A DNA stretch of 41,857 bases from Elusimicrobiota bacterium. GTDB lineage: Bacteria > Elusimicrobiota > Elusimicrobia > UBA1565 > UBA9628. Below, piece after piece: positions 8,177 to 16,774 of the stretch. The DNA is taken from positions 1 to 41,857 of the forward strand of contig JAYVZL010000035.1 in the NCBI GenBank assembly GCA_043783505.1, read 5' to 3'. The first letter of the stretch is position 1. Every line of letters starts with the position of its first letter. The notes below the pieces were generated by a model. It saw only the letters and a program-made list of their open reading frames with translations, had not been told where the DNA came from and made no database searches. Made by a program: the position numbers and the translations under genes.

Positions 8177-9133
8177 ATGAAAACCCCGATCAAAACCGTC
8201 TGCGTCACCGGCTGCCTGGGCTTTATCGGCTCCCACTTCACCCGCGCGGCGCTCAAGCGCGGCTGGCGCGTCTGGGGCATCGACATGAAGACCTACGCGG
8301 CCCGCCCCGAACTGCTCGAGGAGTTCCGCCGTTGGAAGACCTTCGAGTTCCGCGAGGCCGACATCGCGACTCTCGACCATCTTTACGACGTCGACTTCGT
8401 GGTCAACTTCGCGGCCGAAACGCACGTCGACAACTCCATCGTGGACGCCTCGCGCTTCCTCCACTCGAACATCCTCGGCGTCCAGAACTTGCTCGAGCTC
8501 ATCCGCGCCAAGCGCCACTACGAGATGCCCGTCCTGCTCCAGGTCTCCACCGACGAGGTGTACGGCGACCTCAAGGACGGCGTGCACAAGCCCAGCGATC
8601 CGCTCAAGCCCTCGAACCCCTACTCGGCCTCCAAAGCCTCCGCCGACATGCTCATCATGGCCTGGCACCGCACGCACGGCGTGCCCTACATCATCGTCCG
8701 GCCGACCAACAACTACGGTATCGGCCAGTATCCCGAGAAGCTGATCCCCAAGGCCGTCAAGCACCTGGCCCTGGGCAAGAAGATCCCCCTGCACGGCGAC
8801 GGCACCTGCCGCCGCAATTGGCTCCACGTCCAGGACACGGCCGAGGCCTTGATCGCAGTCATCGAGAAGGGCAAGACGGCCTGCGTCTACAACGTCTCGG
8901 GCAACAGCGAGCACGCCAATAAGGACGTCGTCAAGCTCGTGCTCAAGGCTTATTTCGGCCGGGCGACGCCGCTCGAACCGCACGTCAAGCTCGCCTACGT
9001 GCGCCAGGGCGAGGACGTGCGCTACGGCGTCGACGACACGGCCCTGCGCGCGCTGGGCTGGAAGAACCGCCGCGTCTTCGAAAAAGAGATTCCCTCGATC
9101 GTGCGCCACTACAGGAACAAGGTCGTTTGGTGA
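8177..9133 (+). CDS. rfbB: NDP-glucose 4,6-dehydratase (dTDP-glucose 4,6-dehydratase family, extended SDR)
   Basis: ATG 8177 lies 1 nt after the upstream stop. Motifs: VTGCLGFIGSHF, STDEVYG, YSASKASAD (YxxxK), NNYGIGQYPEKLIP, DGTCRRNWLHVQD. The symbol is a family-level call only. Confidence 0.8.
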   Translation: MKTPIKTVCVTGCLGFIGSHFTRAALKRGWRVWGIDMKTYAARPELLEEFRRWKTFEFREADIATLDHLYDVDFVVNFAAETHVDNSIVDASRFLHSNILGVQNLLELIRAKRHYEMPVLLQVSTDEVYGDLKDGVHKPSDPLKPSNPYSASKASADMLIMAWHRTHGVPYIIVRPTNNYGIGQYPEKLIPKAVKHLALGKKIPLHGDGTCRRNWLHVQDTAEALIAVIEKGKTACVYNVSGNSEHANKDVVKLVLKAYFGRATPLEPHVKLAYVRQGEDVRYGVDDTALRALGWKNRRVFEKEIPSIVRHYRNKVVW

Positions 9134-10041
9134 GCGAGCGCAAGAAGCTCGCCGTCATCGTCCCCTGCCACAACGAGACGGCCAACGTCGCGCCTTTCTA
9201 CGAGGCCGCCAAGCAAGCCCTCGACGCCCTGCCGCTCGACTGGGCCTTGGTCTTCGTCAACGACGCGAGCACCGACGACACGCTCGACAAGATCCTGGCT
9301 CTGCGCAAGACCGACCCGCGCGTGCGCGTGGCCACGCTGTCCCGCAATTTCGGCTATCATTCGGCGCTCGTCGCCGGCCTGTCGAGCGCCGACGCCGACC
9401 TCTACGCGGTCGTCGACGTCGACGGCGAGGATCCGCCCGAGCTGCTGGCGAAGTTCCACGCGGCCGTGGAGAAGGGCGCGCACACCGTCTACGGAATCCG
9501 CAGCCAGCGTCCCGAACCCGCCCACATCGTCTTCTTCCGCTGGCTGTTCTACTGGGTCAACCAGCACATCGCCGACGGCCCCATCCGTCTCTGGATGGCC
9601 GAGTTTTCCATGTTCAGCCGGACGGTGCGAGACTACATCCTCGCCAACAAGACGACCTTCCCGTTTCTACGCGCCGAGATGGCGTACGTCGGTCTGCGCA
9701 TGGAAGGCGTTCCCTACGTCCGTCAGCCGCGCCTGCGCGGAACGTCGCATTACAACTTCTGGCGCATGTCGATGTTCGCGATCGGCGGATTCTTGGCCTC
9801 CTCCACTTTTCCTCTGCGCGCCTCGCTGTACCTCGCGGTCGGCTTCGCCGCCGCCTACGGGCTGATGATCCCGACCCTGCGCTTGGGATTAGTCGAGGCG
9901 GGCGCGCTGGCGGGCGTGATGGGGTTCCTATTCCTTCTGCTGACGCTGCCGATGCTCGCGCTGTATCTCGCGCGCACTTACAAAAACGTCACGGGGCGGC
10001 CGGTGTACTTCCTCGATCCCGACCGCTCGTTCTTGAACTAG
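9127..10041 (+). CDS. GT2 glycosyltransferase, polyprenyl-phosphate sugar synthase type (DPM1/ArnC/GtrB-like) with two C-terminal TM helices
   Basis: The start is TTG 9127 or GTG 9130, overlapping the upstream stop. Motifs: LAVIVPCHNETANV, VFVNDASTDDT, VVDVDGEDPPE. The C-terminal hydrophobic helices are FAIGGFLASSTFPL and GVMGFLFLLLTLPMLALYLA. Confidence 0.85.
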   Translation: MVSERKKLAVIVPCHNETANVAPFYEAAKQALDALPLDWALVFVNDASTDDTLDKILALRKTDPRVRVATLSRNFGYHSALVAGLSSADADLYAVVDVDGEDPPELLAKFHAAVEKGAHTVYGIRSQRPEPAHIVFFRWLFYWVNQHIADGPIRLWMAEFSMFSRTVRDYILANKTTFPFLRAEMAYVGLRMEGVPYVRQPRLRGTSHYNFWRMSMFAIGGFLASSTFPLRASLYLAVGFAAAYGLMIPTLRLGLVEAGALAGVMGFLFLLLTLPMLALYLARTYKNVTGRPVYFLDPDRSFLN

Positions 10042-11648
10042 CCGCGCGTAGGCCGCCGGCCGATATTTCGCGTCCAGCCCCAGCCGTAAGTCGTCGGGGG
10101 GTTTTCAAACGGCGTCTTGCGAACGCGCTCCAAAAGCAGCACGTGCTCGTTCTCAAGCGCCGCTCGATGAGTTCCGGCCAAAGTCCGTCGCAGCTCGTTG
10201 ACTTCAGCCGGGGTCACGGGCTGGTCGCGTTCCTCGGGGCGCGCGGAGTAGTTGGCGTCGATCGCGTCCTTCTGAATCAGCAAATAGTCGGCGCGGTCGG
10301 AATATTGCGGGTAATCCCAAATCTCGGACCGCCCCGCGATGAAGCCGGTAACGCGGTTGTTGCCGAGAAAGACTAGGCTGCTCTCGTTGGGGAAAGCCGA
10401 AACGGCGGCGATGACGGCGCGGTTGGACGCCTCTTCTCCGGCCAGACTGCGCTCAAGCGATGCGGCTTTTTCGGGCTTCCCAGCCAGGCGGTACAAAGCC
10501 GGCTTCAACCGCAACGGCAGATGCCCGGCCTGCACGCGTGCGGAAACGAGGAAAAACGCGGCCGCCGCCGCCCAAGCCCAACGAGAGGCCGCTGGACTCG
10601 GCCGCCGCGCGTCGCGCAGCCAAGACAGCAGGGCCAAAAAAAGGCCGTACCAAGGCGGAAGCAGATGGTGCGCGCCGCCGACGACGACGCATTCGCCCCA
10701 ATGCGGCAGAGCGGGCAGAAGCGCCAAGCTCCCCGCCCTGATCAATCCGCGCCGATCCGGCGCGCCGAACAATCCAGCGGCAAGAAAAAAAACGGGGACG
10801 AACGGCAGCAAGGGCGCCATCGAGCGCAGATTGCCCAGCAGCGCCCCCCCTCCCAACGAGAACATTTTCTTGACAATGACCGCCGTGGTCGTCGATCCGG
10901 TCAGGGTCAATTCCGCCCGCGCCGCGGGCTGAACGACGAGAAGAAGGAAAATTAAATAAGGAAGACAGACGGCGACGGCTCCCAAGCCGTACGAACGCCC
11001 TTCGTCTTCGATCAAAAACAAATGCGCCCCAAAGCAAACTCCCACCATCGCCGCGTCCTCGGACACCAACGCCAGCGCCGCGATCCAAAATAGAAAAAGA
11101 CCGCGTCGCCTGCCTAAATAGGCGTCATAGGCCGCCAATAGCATGGGACCGGCGAACAAAAGCATCTGGGCCATCTGGCAGAGCACGCTCAGAAGCCCGG
11201 CGAACGCGAGAACGCCGAGCGCGAACATCACACGGTCTCTTCCGTCCGGCCGCGGCGTCCGGCGCAGGATAGACGCCGCAAACCACGCGCCCGCGCCCAG
11301 GTTCCAAGCGAAGATCAGGCCGTAGATCGAGGCGGGCGTGGGATGCAAAGCCCAAAGCCATGCGAACAGATACGGCGTGAAGTTCACATGGATGACGTCC
11401 GCGTGGATAAAGGCGTACGGATTAGCGGAGAAGCCCACCGAGCGGCCGGCCGCGAGTGTGGCGAACAACGAGCTTTGAAAAGGCCGGCTATGGAGAAAAT
11501 TGTGAAACATCTGCGCGGTCCACGTGAAGCCGAAGCCCGACCAGTCGCAGAGAGTGGTGGCGAAATTAGCGAAGAAGGACGCGTACAGAAACGCCGCTAG
11601 AAGACTCGAGACGACCAGAAAAGCCGGCGCGGCGCGGCGGGGGTTCAT
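10038..11648 (-). CDS. Polytopic membrane protein with a C-terminal soluble domain; putative GT-C-type (DUF2079-like) polyprenyl-phosphate-sugar-dependent glycosyltransferase
   Basis: 536 aa with about 10 or more hydrophobic segments in the first ~360 aa, followed by a hydrophilic tail. It is convergent with the GT2 gene and overlaps it by 4 nt. The family assignment is from general architecture and weak remembered similarity only. Confidence 0.5.
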   Translation of the reverse strand: MNPRRAAPAFLVVSSLLAAFLYASFFANFATTLCDWSGFGFTWTAQMFHNFLHSRPFQSSLFATLAAGRSVGFSANPYAFIHADVIHVNFTPYLFAWLWALHPTPASIYGLIFAWNLGAGAWFAASILRRTPRPDGRDRVMFALGVLAFAGLLSVLCQMAQMLLFAGPMLLAAYDAYLGRRRGLFLFWIAALALVSEDAAMVGVCFGAHLFLIEDEGRSYGLGAVAVCLPYLIFLLLVVQPAARAELTLTGSTTTAVIVKKMFSLGGGALLGNLRSMAPLLPFVPVFFLAAGLFGAPDRRGLIRAGSLALLPALPHWGECVVVGGAHHLLPPWYGLFLALLSWLRDARRPSPAASRWAWAAAAAFFLVSARVQAGHLPLRLKPALYRLAGKPEKAASLERSLAGEEASNRAVIAAVSAFPNESSLVFLGNNRVTGFIAGRSEIWDYPQYSDRADYLLIQKDAIDANYSARPEERDQPVTPAEVNELRRTLAGTHRAALENEHVLLLERVRKTPFENPPTTYGWGWTRNIGRRPTRG

Positions 11649-11659
11649 GAGAAGGGCAT

Positions 11660-12766
11660 ATGTTACAATTTCATCCGATGAACGGCGACCGCTCGAAGGA
11701 TTTCACCCGCGGCGACTGGTCCGGCGCGGTTTGGCGCATCTTCCGCGTCGTCGCGCTGCGTATTCGCCTGATCGGCGGCGTTCTCATAGGGAATCTGCGT
11801 CTGACCCACGCTCTTGACGCGGCCTGGCGGCGGCGCTATGAGCGCGCGCGCCGCGACCTCGCCGCCAACGACGAGATTTTCCAGCCCGCCCAGCAGTGGA
11901 CGATCATCACGCGCTTCTATCGCCTCGTCCTGCGCGCCTGGGGACTCGAGGGCTTTAAGTCCACCTTTGGCCGTTTCCTTTCCACCTATGAGCCGAGCAA
12001 CCCTTGGATTTTCCAGGCGGTTCACCATCTCTATCGCCAATCCCTGGAAAAACGCGACGTTTGGGGACTGCTGAATACTCTTGAAGAGCCCGCTCTTGGA
12101 GACGGCACATACCTCGTCTACGGTGGCAAGCGCCTGAGCCTGGACCTGCTCCAGTCCATCGACGAGCTATATCGGCTAAAAGAAGCCATGGCCTTCGAGC
12201 AAAACGACCCCGTGGTGTTTTGCGAGCTGGGCGCGGGCTATGGACGCTTGGCCGACGTCGTCATTCGGGCCATGCCCCGCGCGACGTACCTCATTTTCGA
12301 TCTGCCCGAGTCTTTACTGCTCTCCCAACATTACCTGACGACTCTCCATCCCCAGGCCAAGGCCTCATTGTACCCGGACTCGGACAAGATCCTCTCTTCC
12401 GCGGAAGACATCAAGACTCACCGTCTGATCTTCGGGCTCCCCCATCAAATGAGGCTCGTCGCGCCCGGTATCGTGGACGCCTTCGTCAACGTCTACTCGT
12501 TCATGGAGATGAGCCGGGAGCAGATCGAGACCTACTTCGGCCTCATCGACCGCCTTCAGGTGAGCGCGCTGTACATCAAGCAGCACAAACGCGAAGTCAA
12601 CATCTACGACTCCTCGCTCAACACCGGCGCGAATTATCCCGTTCGCCCTTCCTGGCGGAAAGTCATGGAGGGAACCTCGACGCTCTTCGAGCACGTCTTC
12701 GAGGCGATTTGGGCGGTCAGTCCGACGGGACCGCGTCTTCGCGCCCGCTCGTCCAGCGCCCGCTAG
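11660..12766 (+). CDS. Putative sugar O-methyltransferase (class I SAM MTase fold)
   Basis: 368 aa with CELGAGYGRLADVV (motif I), followed by YLIFDLPE and VNVYSFMEMSREQ. It resembles the 'putative sugar O-methyltransferase' family found in O-antigen loci, as I remember it. The start is uncertain (ATG 11660 or 11678). Confidence 0.5.
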   Translation: MLQFHPMNGDRSKDFTRGDWSGAVWRIFRVVALRIRLIGGVLIGNLRLTHALDAAWRRRYERARRDLAANDEIFQPAQQWTIITRFYRLVLRAWGLEGFKSTFGRFLSTYEPSNPWIFQAVHHLYRQSLEKRDVWGLLNTLEEPALGDGTYLVYGGKRLSLDLLQSIDELYRLKEAMAFEQNDPVVFCELGAGYGRLADVVIRAMPRATYLIFDLPESLLLSQHYLTTLHPQAKASLYPDSDKILSSAEDIKTHRLIFGLPHQMRLVAPGIVDAFVNVYSFMEMSREQIETYFGLIDRLQVSALYIKQHKREVNIYDSSLNTGANYPVRPSWRKVMEGTSTLFEHVFEAIWAVSPTGPRLRARSSSAR

Positions 12767-13394
12767 TCTCGTCCCAGCGGTCCACGACGCGAACCGGCGA
12801 GCCGGCCGCCACGCTGCGCGGCGGCACCGACTTCGTCACCACCGAATTGGCGCCGATCACCGCGTTGGCGCCGATCTCGATATCCTTGCCGTCGGCCACG
12901 ATCACGACGTTGGCGCCGATCCAGGCACCTTTGCCGATGCGCACGCGCCCGGCCGGAGGCAGGCCTTGATCCTTGATCGGGATCTTGGGGTCGCGAAAAG
13001 CGTGGATATGATCGGACACGTACACGTTCATTCCGAATAAGACGTCATCTTCGATGACGACCTCGCGCACGGCGGATAAAGTGGTCCGGGGACCGATCTG
13101 AACGCGCCGGCCGATCTTCAAGACCGGGCCTGTCGGCGGCTGGGGCAACTCGATGAGCGGCACCGTCAGCCAGGTATGGCGCTGGGCCCAGGAGCCGTCG
13201 TCGATCTCGATAAACCGGGAGCCCTGCACCGTGGCCGCGCAGTCGATGACCACTCCCGCGCCGCGCCGGGCGAAAGAATGCTTCAGCGCCGAGGTCAGCC
13301 GCGACCAAACCATGAGGCGAAAGCCGTTGAACGCCAGCTCGCGAAAAGTATAGCCGGAGCGCAGAAACCGGCCGTAATCGTCGAGGCGCGCCAT
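12717..13394 (-). CDS. Hexapeptide-repeat (left-handed beta-helix) sugar O-acetyltransferase
   Basis: 225 aa. Hexapeptide repeats: IGKGAWIGANVVIVADGKDIEIGANAVIGANSVVTKSVPPRSVAAGSPVRVV. Confidence 0.85.
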   Translation of the reverse strand: MARLDDYGRFLRSGYTFRELAFNGFRLMVWSRLTSALKHSFARRGAGVVIDCAATVQGSRFIEIDDGSWAQRHTWLTVPLIELPQPPTGPVLKIGRRVQIGPRTTLSAVREVVIEDDVLFGMNVYVSDHIHAFRDPKIPIKDQGLPPAGRVRIGKGAWIGANVVIVADGKDIEIGANAVIGANSVVTKSVPPRSVAAGSPVRVVDRWDETSGRWTSGREDAVPSD

Positions 13395-13488
13395 GCCTCA
13401 TGTTATCAAGTTTAATGAGCGGCGCCCAGCCGGCTAAAATCGGCTCAAGTTGTAGTAGAATGCGTCGATATTAAAGGAGGCTCTCCTC

Positions 13489-14076
13489 ATGAAACGAAAC
13501 ATTTTGTCGTTGACCTTGGTTATCGCTTGCGCCGTCCTGACGAGCTGCGACAAGGAAACTCGCAAGGGCGAGCTGACCCTGTCCGGCGCCGCCCCCATCC
13601 GATTCGTGTCGAAAGACGGGAAGACCGTCGAATACTACGCCGGCCCCACGAAAGTCGAGCTGAGCGCCAAGAGCCGGGACAAAGTCACCGTCATCGTCAG
13701 CCAAGGAGACAAGAAGGCCGTGTTCTCCGGCAAAGTCTCCGGCGGGGACGACTGGAACTTCGTTTTGCGCGGTAAAACCATCGGCCAGCCCATGGACATG
13801 AGCAGCCGGCGTCAGTTGACCTATACAGGAAAAGTCTGGTACAGGATCAGCGGGGGCGGCTTCTGCGGATTCAATGGCCGCTGGGTCGTGGAGGACAAGC
13901 TTCAAAAGTGCGACGAGGACTGGAACGTCGCTTTCACCGACGCGAACACGTCGGCGCCACTCGGGGCGTTCCGCTCGCGCCAAAATGACATGACATGCCT
14001 GATCAGCTCTCGCAATATCTACTGCCGCGATGACCATCGGGCCCCCTTTCCGCTCGTCTCTCCCCGCTTCGACTAG
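13489..14076 (+). CDS. Lipoprotein of unknown function
   Basis: AAAGGAGG lies 8 nt upstream. Signal peptide with lipobox: MKRNILSLTLVIACAVLTS-C. The mature part contains six further Cys residues. I recognise no family. Confidence 0.7.
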   Translation: MKRNILSLTLVIACAVLTSCDKETRKGELTLSGAAPIRFVSKDGKTVEYYAGPTKVELSAKSRDKVTVIVSQGDKKAVFSGKVSGGDDWNFVLRGKTIGQPMDMSSRRQLTYTGKVWYRISGGGFCGFNGRWVVEDKLQKCDEDWNVAFTDANTSAPLGAFRSRQNDMTCLISSRNIYCRDDHRAPFPLVSPRFD

Positions 14077-14105
14077 TCCGATCGGCGCGGGCAAGCCCTG
14101 GCGAT

Positions 14106-16073
14106 CTAATCCAGCACGCCTCGCTCGCAGAGCTTAAGGGCGTCGAGTTGGGAGGCCAAGGTGGCCGCCTCCGTCGAGGTCGAGGCCGAAGCGCGCAGAG
14201 CGCTCTCCGCTGAAGCTGCCGCGGCCAGGTGGGCGAGCCGGGCCATGACGACATCCTCAGAGCCGATTTCTTTGGGACTGAGGTTGTCGAGCATCGCATC
14301 GCCGAGCTTCTCGGCGGAAAAACCATCGTCCGGGTCGATGGGCGCGGACTTCTCGTTCCCAAAAATCGCTCCCAAAGTGTCCGACACTCTGGGGGCTCTT
14401 TGCTCCTTGGTCTTGCGGGCCTGGGCCTGGGCGCGCTTGGTGAGGACGGCCAGCGCGTCGGCCAGGTCCGGATCGCGAGGCCGGATCTCATCGCCCAACG
14501 TCGCCAAGGATGCCACGAGAGCGGCCCCCGCCAGCGGCCGGGCGAAGCGCGGCGCGACAACAGCGAGCAATGCCTTCGCCTCCGGCCTTAATCCGCGGCC
14601 GTCCACAGTGGGGGAACTCGAGAAGAAGGCGGAGAAATCGCTCAGCCGGTCGCGACCATACACCGAGGCCGGCTCATAGCGCTCCATGTCCGGGTCGTAG
14701 CCCGATCGGGAGAGTTTCATGACGCGCCGCGCCGGTTCGGGAGCGTCCCACTCCAACGCCACGACCGGAGCACAGGCAGAGCCGCGGCGTCCATCCCGGG
14801 GCCCCGCGGGTTCGCGCAAGAAAAAAAAGTTCGGAGAACCTAAAGTGTCGTCGCGACAATCCACGATGGAGACGCGAGGCAGGGGCAAACTCTTGCCGCC
14901 GCGCCGCGCCGCCACGGCTGCGCCGCCGACCAAGTCGAAGAGCACCTCGACGCCGTCGTCGAACTTTTTTAGGAGCAGTCCTTGAGATGGAGCGGGCAGA
15001 CGCTCGCCTCGCCCCAGAAAAGCGGCGCCAGGACCATAGAGCAAGAAGTACTCGGAGCTGAGCATGGGCACGTCGCGGCCCGAGGACGACGCCGCGGCGC
15101 GGTAGTGCCGGGCCCGGGATCTCCCGGGCTTATCGGAGCAGGTCAGCATATGCGACACCGAAGCGACGTAGTCTTCACGCTTGGACGCCGCGTCGACGTA
15201 GCAGCCCTCGGCCGTCTTGTCGGGCAAAGTCGCGAAGGCCGCGCACGCGGGCGCAGCGCCCGGCAAGGGCATGAACGCCGGTCCGAACTGGCCGCCTCCG
15301 GCGAGGATAAGGCGCAACCGAAACCCCGGAGCCTCGGCCAACCGCGCCACGGCCTGCGTCGATGCTTCCACCGGACCGAAAAGACGGCCGAATTCCAAGG
15401 TCTGATCAGCGGCGTAGAAAGCCCCCGTCCCCGACGGAGACGGGGCCAAAGTGGCGGAGGACACACGAGCGGGAGCGAGGAGGCGGGCGGGTGAGCGCGA
15501 CTCCCCACCGCGAAAGGCGAGAAGCATCTCGCGGCCGAACCAGTCCGTGGTCCGGTTTTTCTCCGACATGTAGCCTGAAACACCCAGCGTATAGGTCGGC
15601 CATTCTGAGGCACCTCTGCAGGTAAGCCGCGGGCGGACATAGGACGTCCGGGGGGTTAGAGCCGCGGCATCGTTCAGGAAACGTTCGATACCTCCGAGAT
15701 CCGAGCCGACCGTGGAGTAGCCTAGGGGATGCCCGGCGCGCAGAACAATCACCGTGGGAAGCGAATCTCCAACCTGGCCGCCCTCGCTCGACAGAAGCTC
15801 TTTCATCCGCCCATTGGGCAGACGATCGATCTCGGTCAAGGCCCAGACAGCCGACGCCATCGACCCGGTGGACGGGGAATAGGATTCAAACCTCTCATGG
15901 AGGACCGCGCAAGCATGGCACCAGGTCGCCGAGACAATTAGGGCGTGGAGGCGGCTCGGATCGCGCTGGGAGCTTTCGAACACGCCCCCCGGGTCTTCGT
16001 GGACTGGAAACTTCATGGCGGCCGCTGGCAACGTCAGTGCTAGAAACACGGACGCGAGGGGAAGCACGGACAT
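14106..16073 (-). CDS. Secreted protein with an N-terminal thioredoxin-like domain (WCHAC) and a large uncharacterised C-terminal region
   Basis: 655 aa with signal peptide MSVLPLASVFLALTLPAAA and the redox motif ALIVSATWCHACAVL. I do not recognise the remaining ~500 aa. Confidence 0.6.
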   Translation of the reverse strand: MSVLPLASVFLALTLPAAAMKFPVHEDPGGVFESSQRDPSRLHALIVSATWCHACAVLHERFESYSPSTGSMASAVWALTEIDRLPNGRMKELLSSEGGQVGDSLPTVIVLRAGHPLGYSTVGSDLGGIERFLNDAAALTPRTSYVRPRLTCRGASEWPTYTLGVSGYMSEKNRTTDWFGREMLLAFRGGESRSPARLLAPARVSSATLAPSPSGTGAFYAADQTLEFGRLFGPVEASTQAVARLAEAPGFRLRLILAGGGQFGPAFMPLPGAAPACAAFATLPDKTAEGCYVDAASKREDYVASVSHMLTCSDKPGRSRARHYRAAASSSGRDVPMLSSEYFLLYGPGAAFLGRGERLPAPSQGLLLKKFDDGVEVLFDLVGGAAVAARRGGKSLPLPRVSIVDCRDDTLGSPNFFFLREPAGPRDGRRGSACAPVVALEWDAPEPARRVMKLSRSGYDPDMERYEPASVYGRDRLSDFSAFFSSSPTVDGRGLRPEAKALLAVVAPRFARPLAGAALVASLATLGDEIRPRDPDLADALAVLTKRAQAQARKTKEQRAPRVSDTLGAIFGNEKSAPIDPDDGFSAEKLGDAMLDNLSPKEIGSEDVVMARLAHLAAAASAESALRASASTSTEAATLASQLDALKLCERGVLD

Positions 16074-16157
16074 GGGGGCAGTGTAACCCCCTCCCCTGGT
16101 TTATCAAGCTTCTGTTTTGCCGATTCCATGAGCCGCCGAGCGCAACCCCCCGTCCGA

Positions 16158-16186
16158 TTGACGAAACGGCGTCGCCATGCTACACT
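16158..16186 (+). promoter_or_regulatory. Sigma70-type promoter of the MarR-like regulator and downstream cluster (-35 TTGACG, 17-nt spacer, -10 TACACT)
   Basis: TTGACG at 16158-16163, spacer aaacggcgtcgccatgc (17 nt), TACACT at 16181-16186. The ATG at 16202 is only 15 nt downstream and has no Shine-Dalgarno. Confidence 0.5.
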
Positions 16187-16202
16187 GTTCAAAGATTGAA
16201 CA
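16186..16202. promoter_or_regulatory. Perfect 7-3-7 palindrome TGTTCAA-aga-TTGAACA between the -10 and the start codon; candidate operator
   Basis: Read directly from 16186-16202. It overlaps the last base of the -10 and the A of the ATG. Confidence 0.5.
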
Positions 16203-16762
16203 TGCTCTCAAACGACGCCCTCGCCCACAACGAGTACCGCCTGATCCGGGCTTTGGAGCGCCGTCCCGATGACTCCCAGCGCGCCCTATCCCTGGAACTG
16301 GGTGTATCGCTGGGAATGACCAATATCCTGCTCAAACGCCTCGCCAAAAAGGGCCTGGTGAAGGTTCAAAAGCTGGATTGGAACCGGACCCGCTACCTGC
16401 TCACCTATAAAGGAGCAGCCGAAAAAGCGCGAAAATCCTACTCCTACGCCCTATACGCCTGGAGCCAAGCCCGTAAGATCACCAGCGCGGTCCAAGAAAC
16501 CGTGATCGGCGAGTACCGCGCCGGCGCGCGCCACGCGGCCGTCGTCGCCTGGCCCGAGACCGCCATGATCATCCGCGGCGCTTTGGCCGAAAAAGACATG
16601 CCCGGGTTGGACATCGAGTACTGCGTGGAGTTTCGGCGGGTGCCGGAAGACCACGACCTGATCTTCGCCGCGACGATCGAGCCGATGCCCGCGCCCAAGG
16701 CCGGGAGGCGGATCGTGCCCCTTTTAGAGAAGATGGATCTGGAGTTCCGTTTCGACGCGTAA
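16202..16762 (+). CDS. Winged-helix (MarR-like, EPS-locus type) transcriptional regulator with an extra C-terminal domain
   Basis: The track ORF 16037..16762 (GTG) has an implausible 5' extension that crosses the promoter. ATG 16202 gives MLSNDALAHNEYRLIRALERRPDDSQRALSLELGVSLGMTNILLKRLAKKGLVKVQK (wHTH). Confidence 0.65.
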   Translation: MLSNDALAHNEYRLIRALERRPDDSQRALSLELGVSLGMTNILLKRLAKKGLVKVQKLDWNRTRYLLTYKGAAEKARKSYSYALYAWSQARKITSAVQETVIGEYRAGARHAAVVAWPETAMIIRGALAEKDMPGLDIEYCVEFRRVPEDHDLIFAATIEPMPAPKAGRRIVPLLEKMDLEFRFDA

Positions 16763-16774
16763 TACAGGAGGAAT

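Noticed and set aside
6481-9109. Long minus-strand ORFs (6481..8286, 601 aa; 7919..9109, 396 aa) antisense to the C-methyltransferase and 4,6-dehydratase genes
   Set aside because: They are Arg/Ala/Gly/Asp-rich with no recognisable motifs, and they lie fully antisense to ORFs with clear family signatures. These are typical stop-free shadow frames of high-GC DNA.
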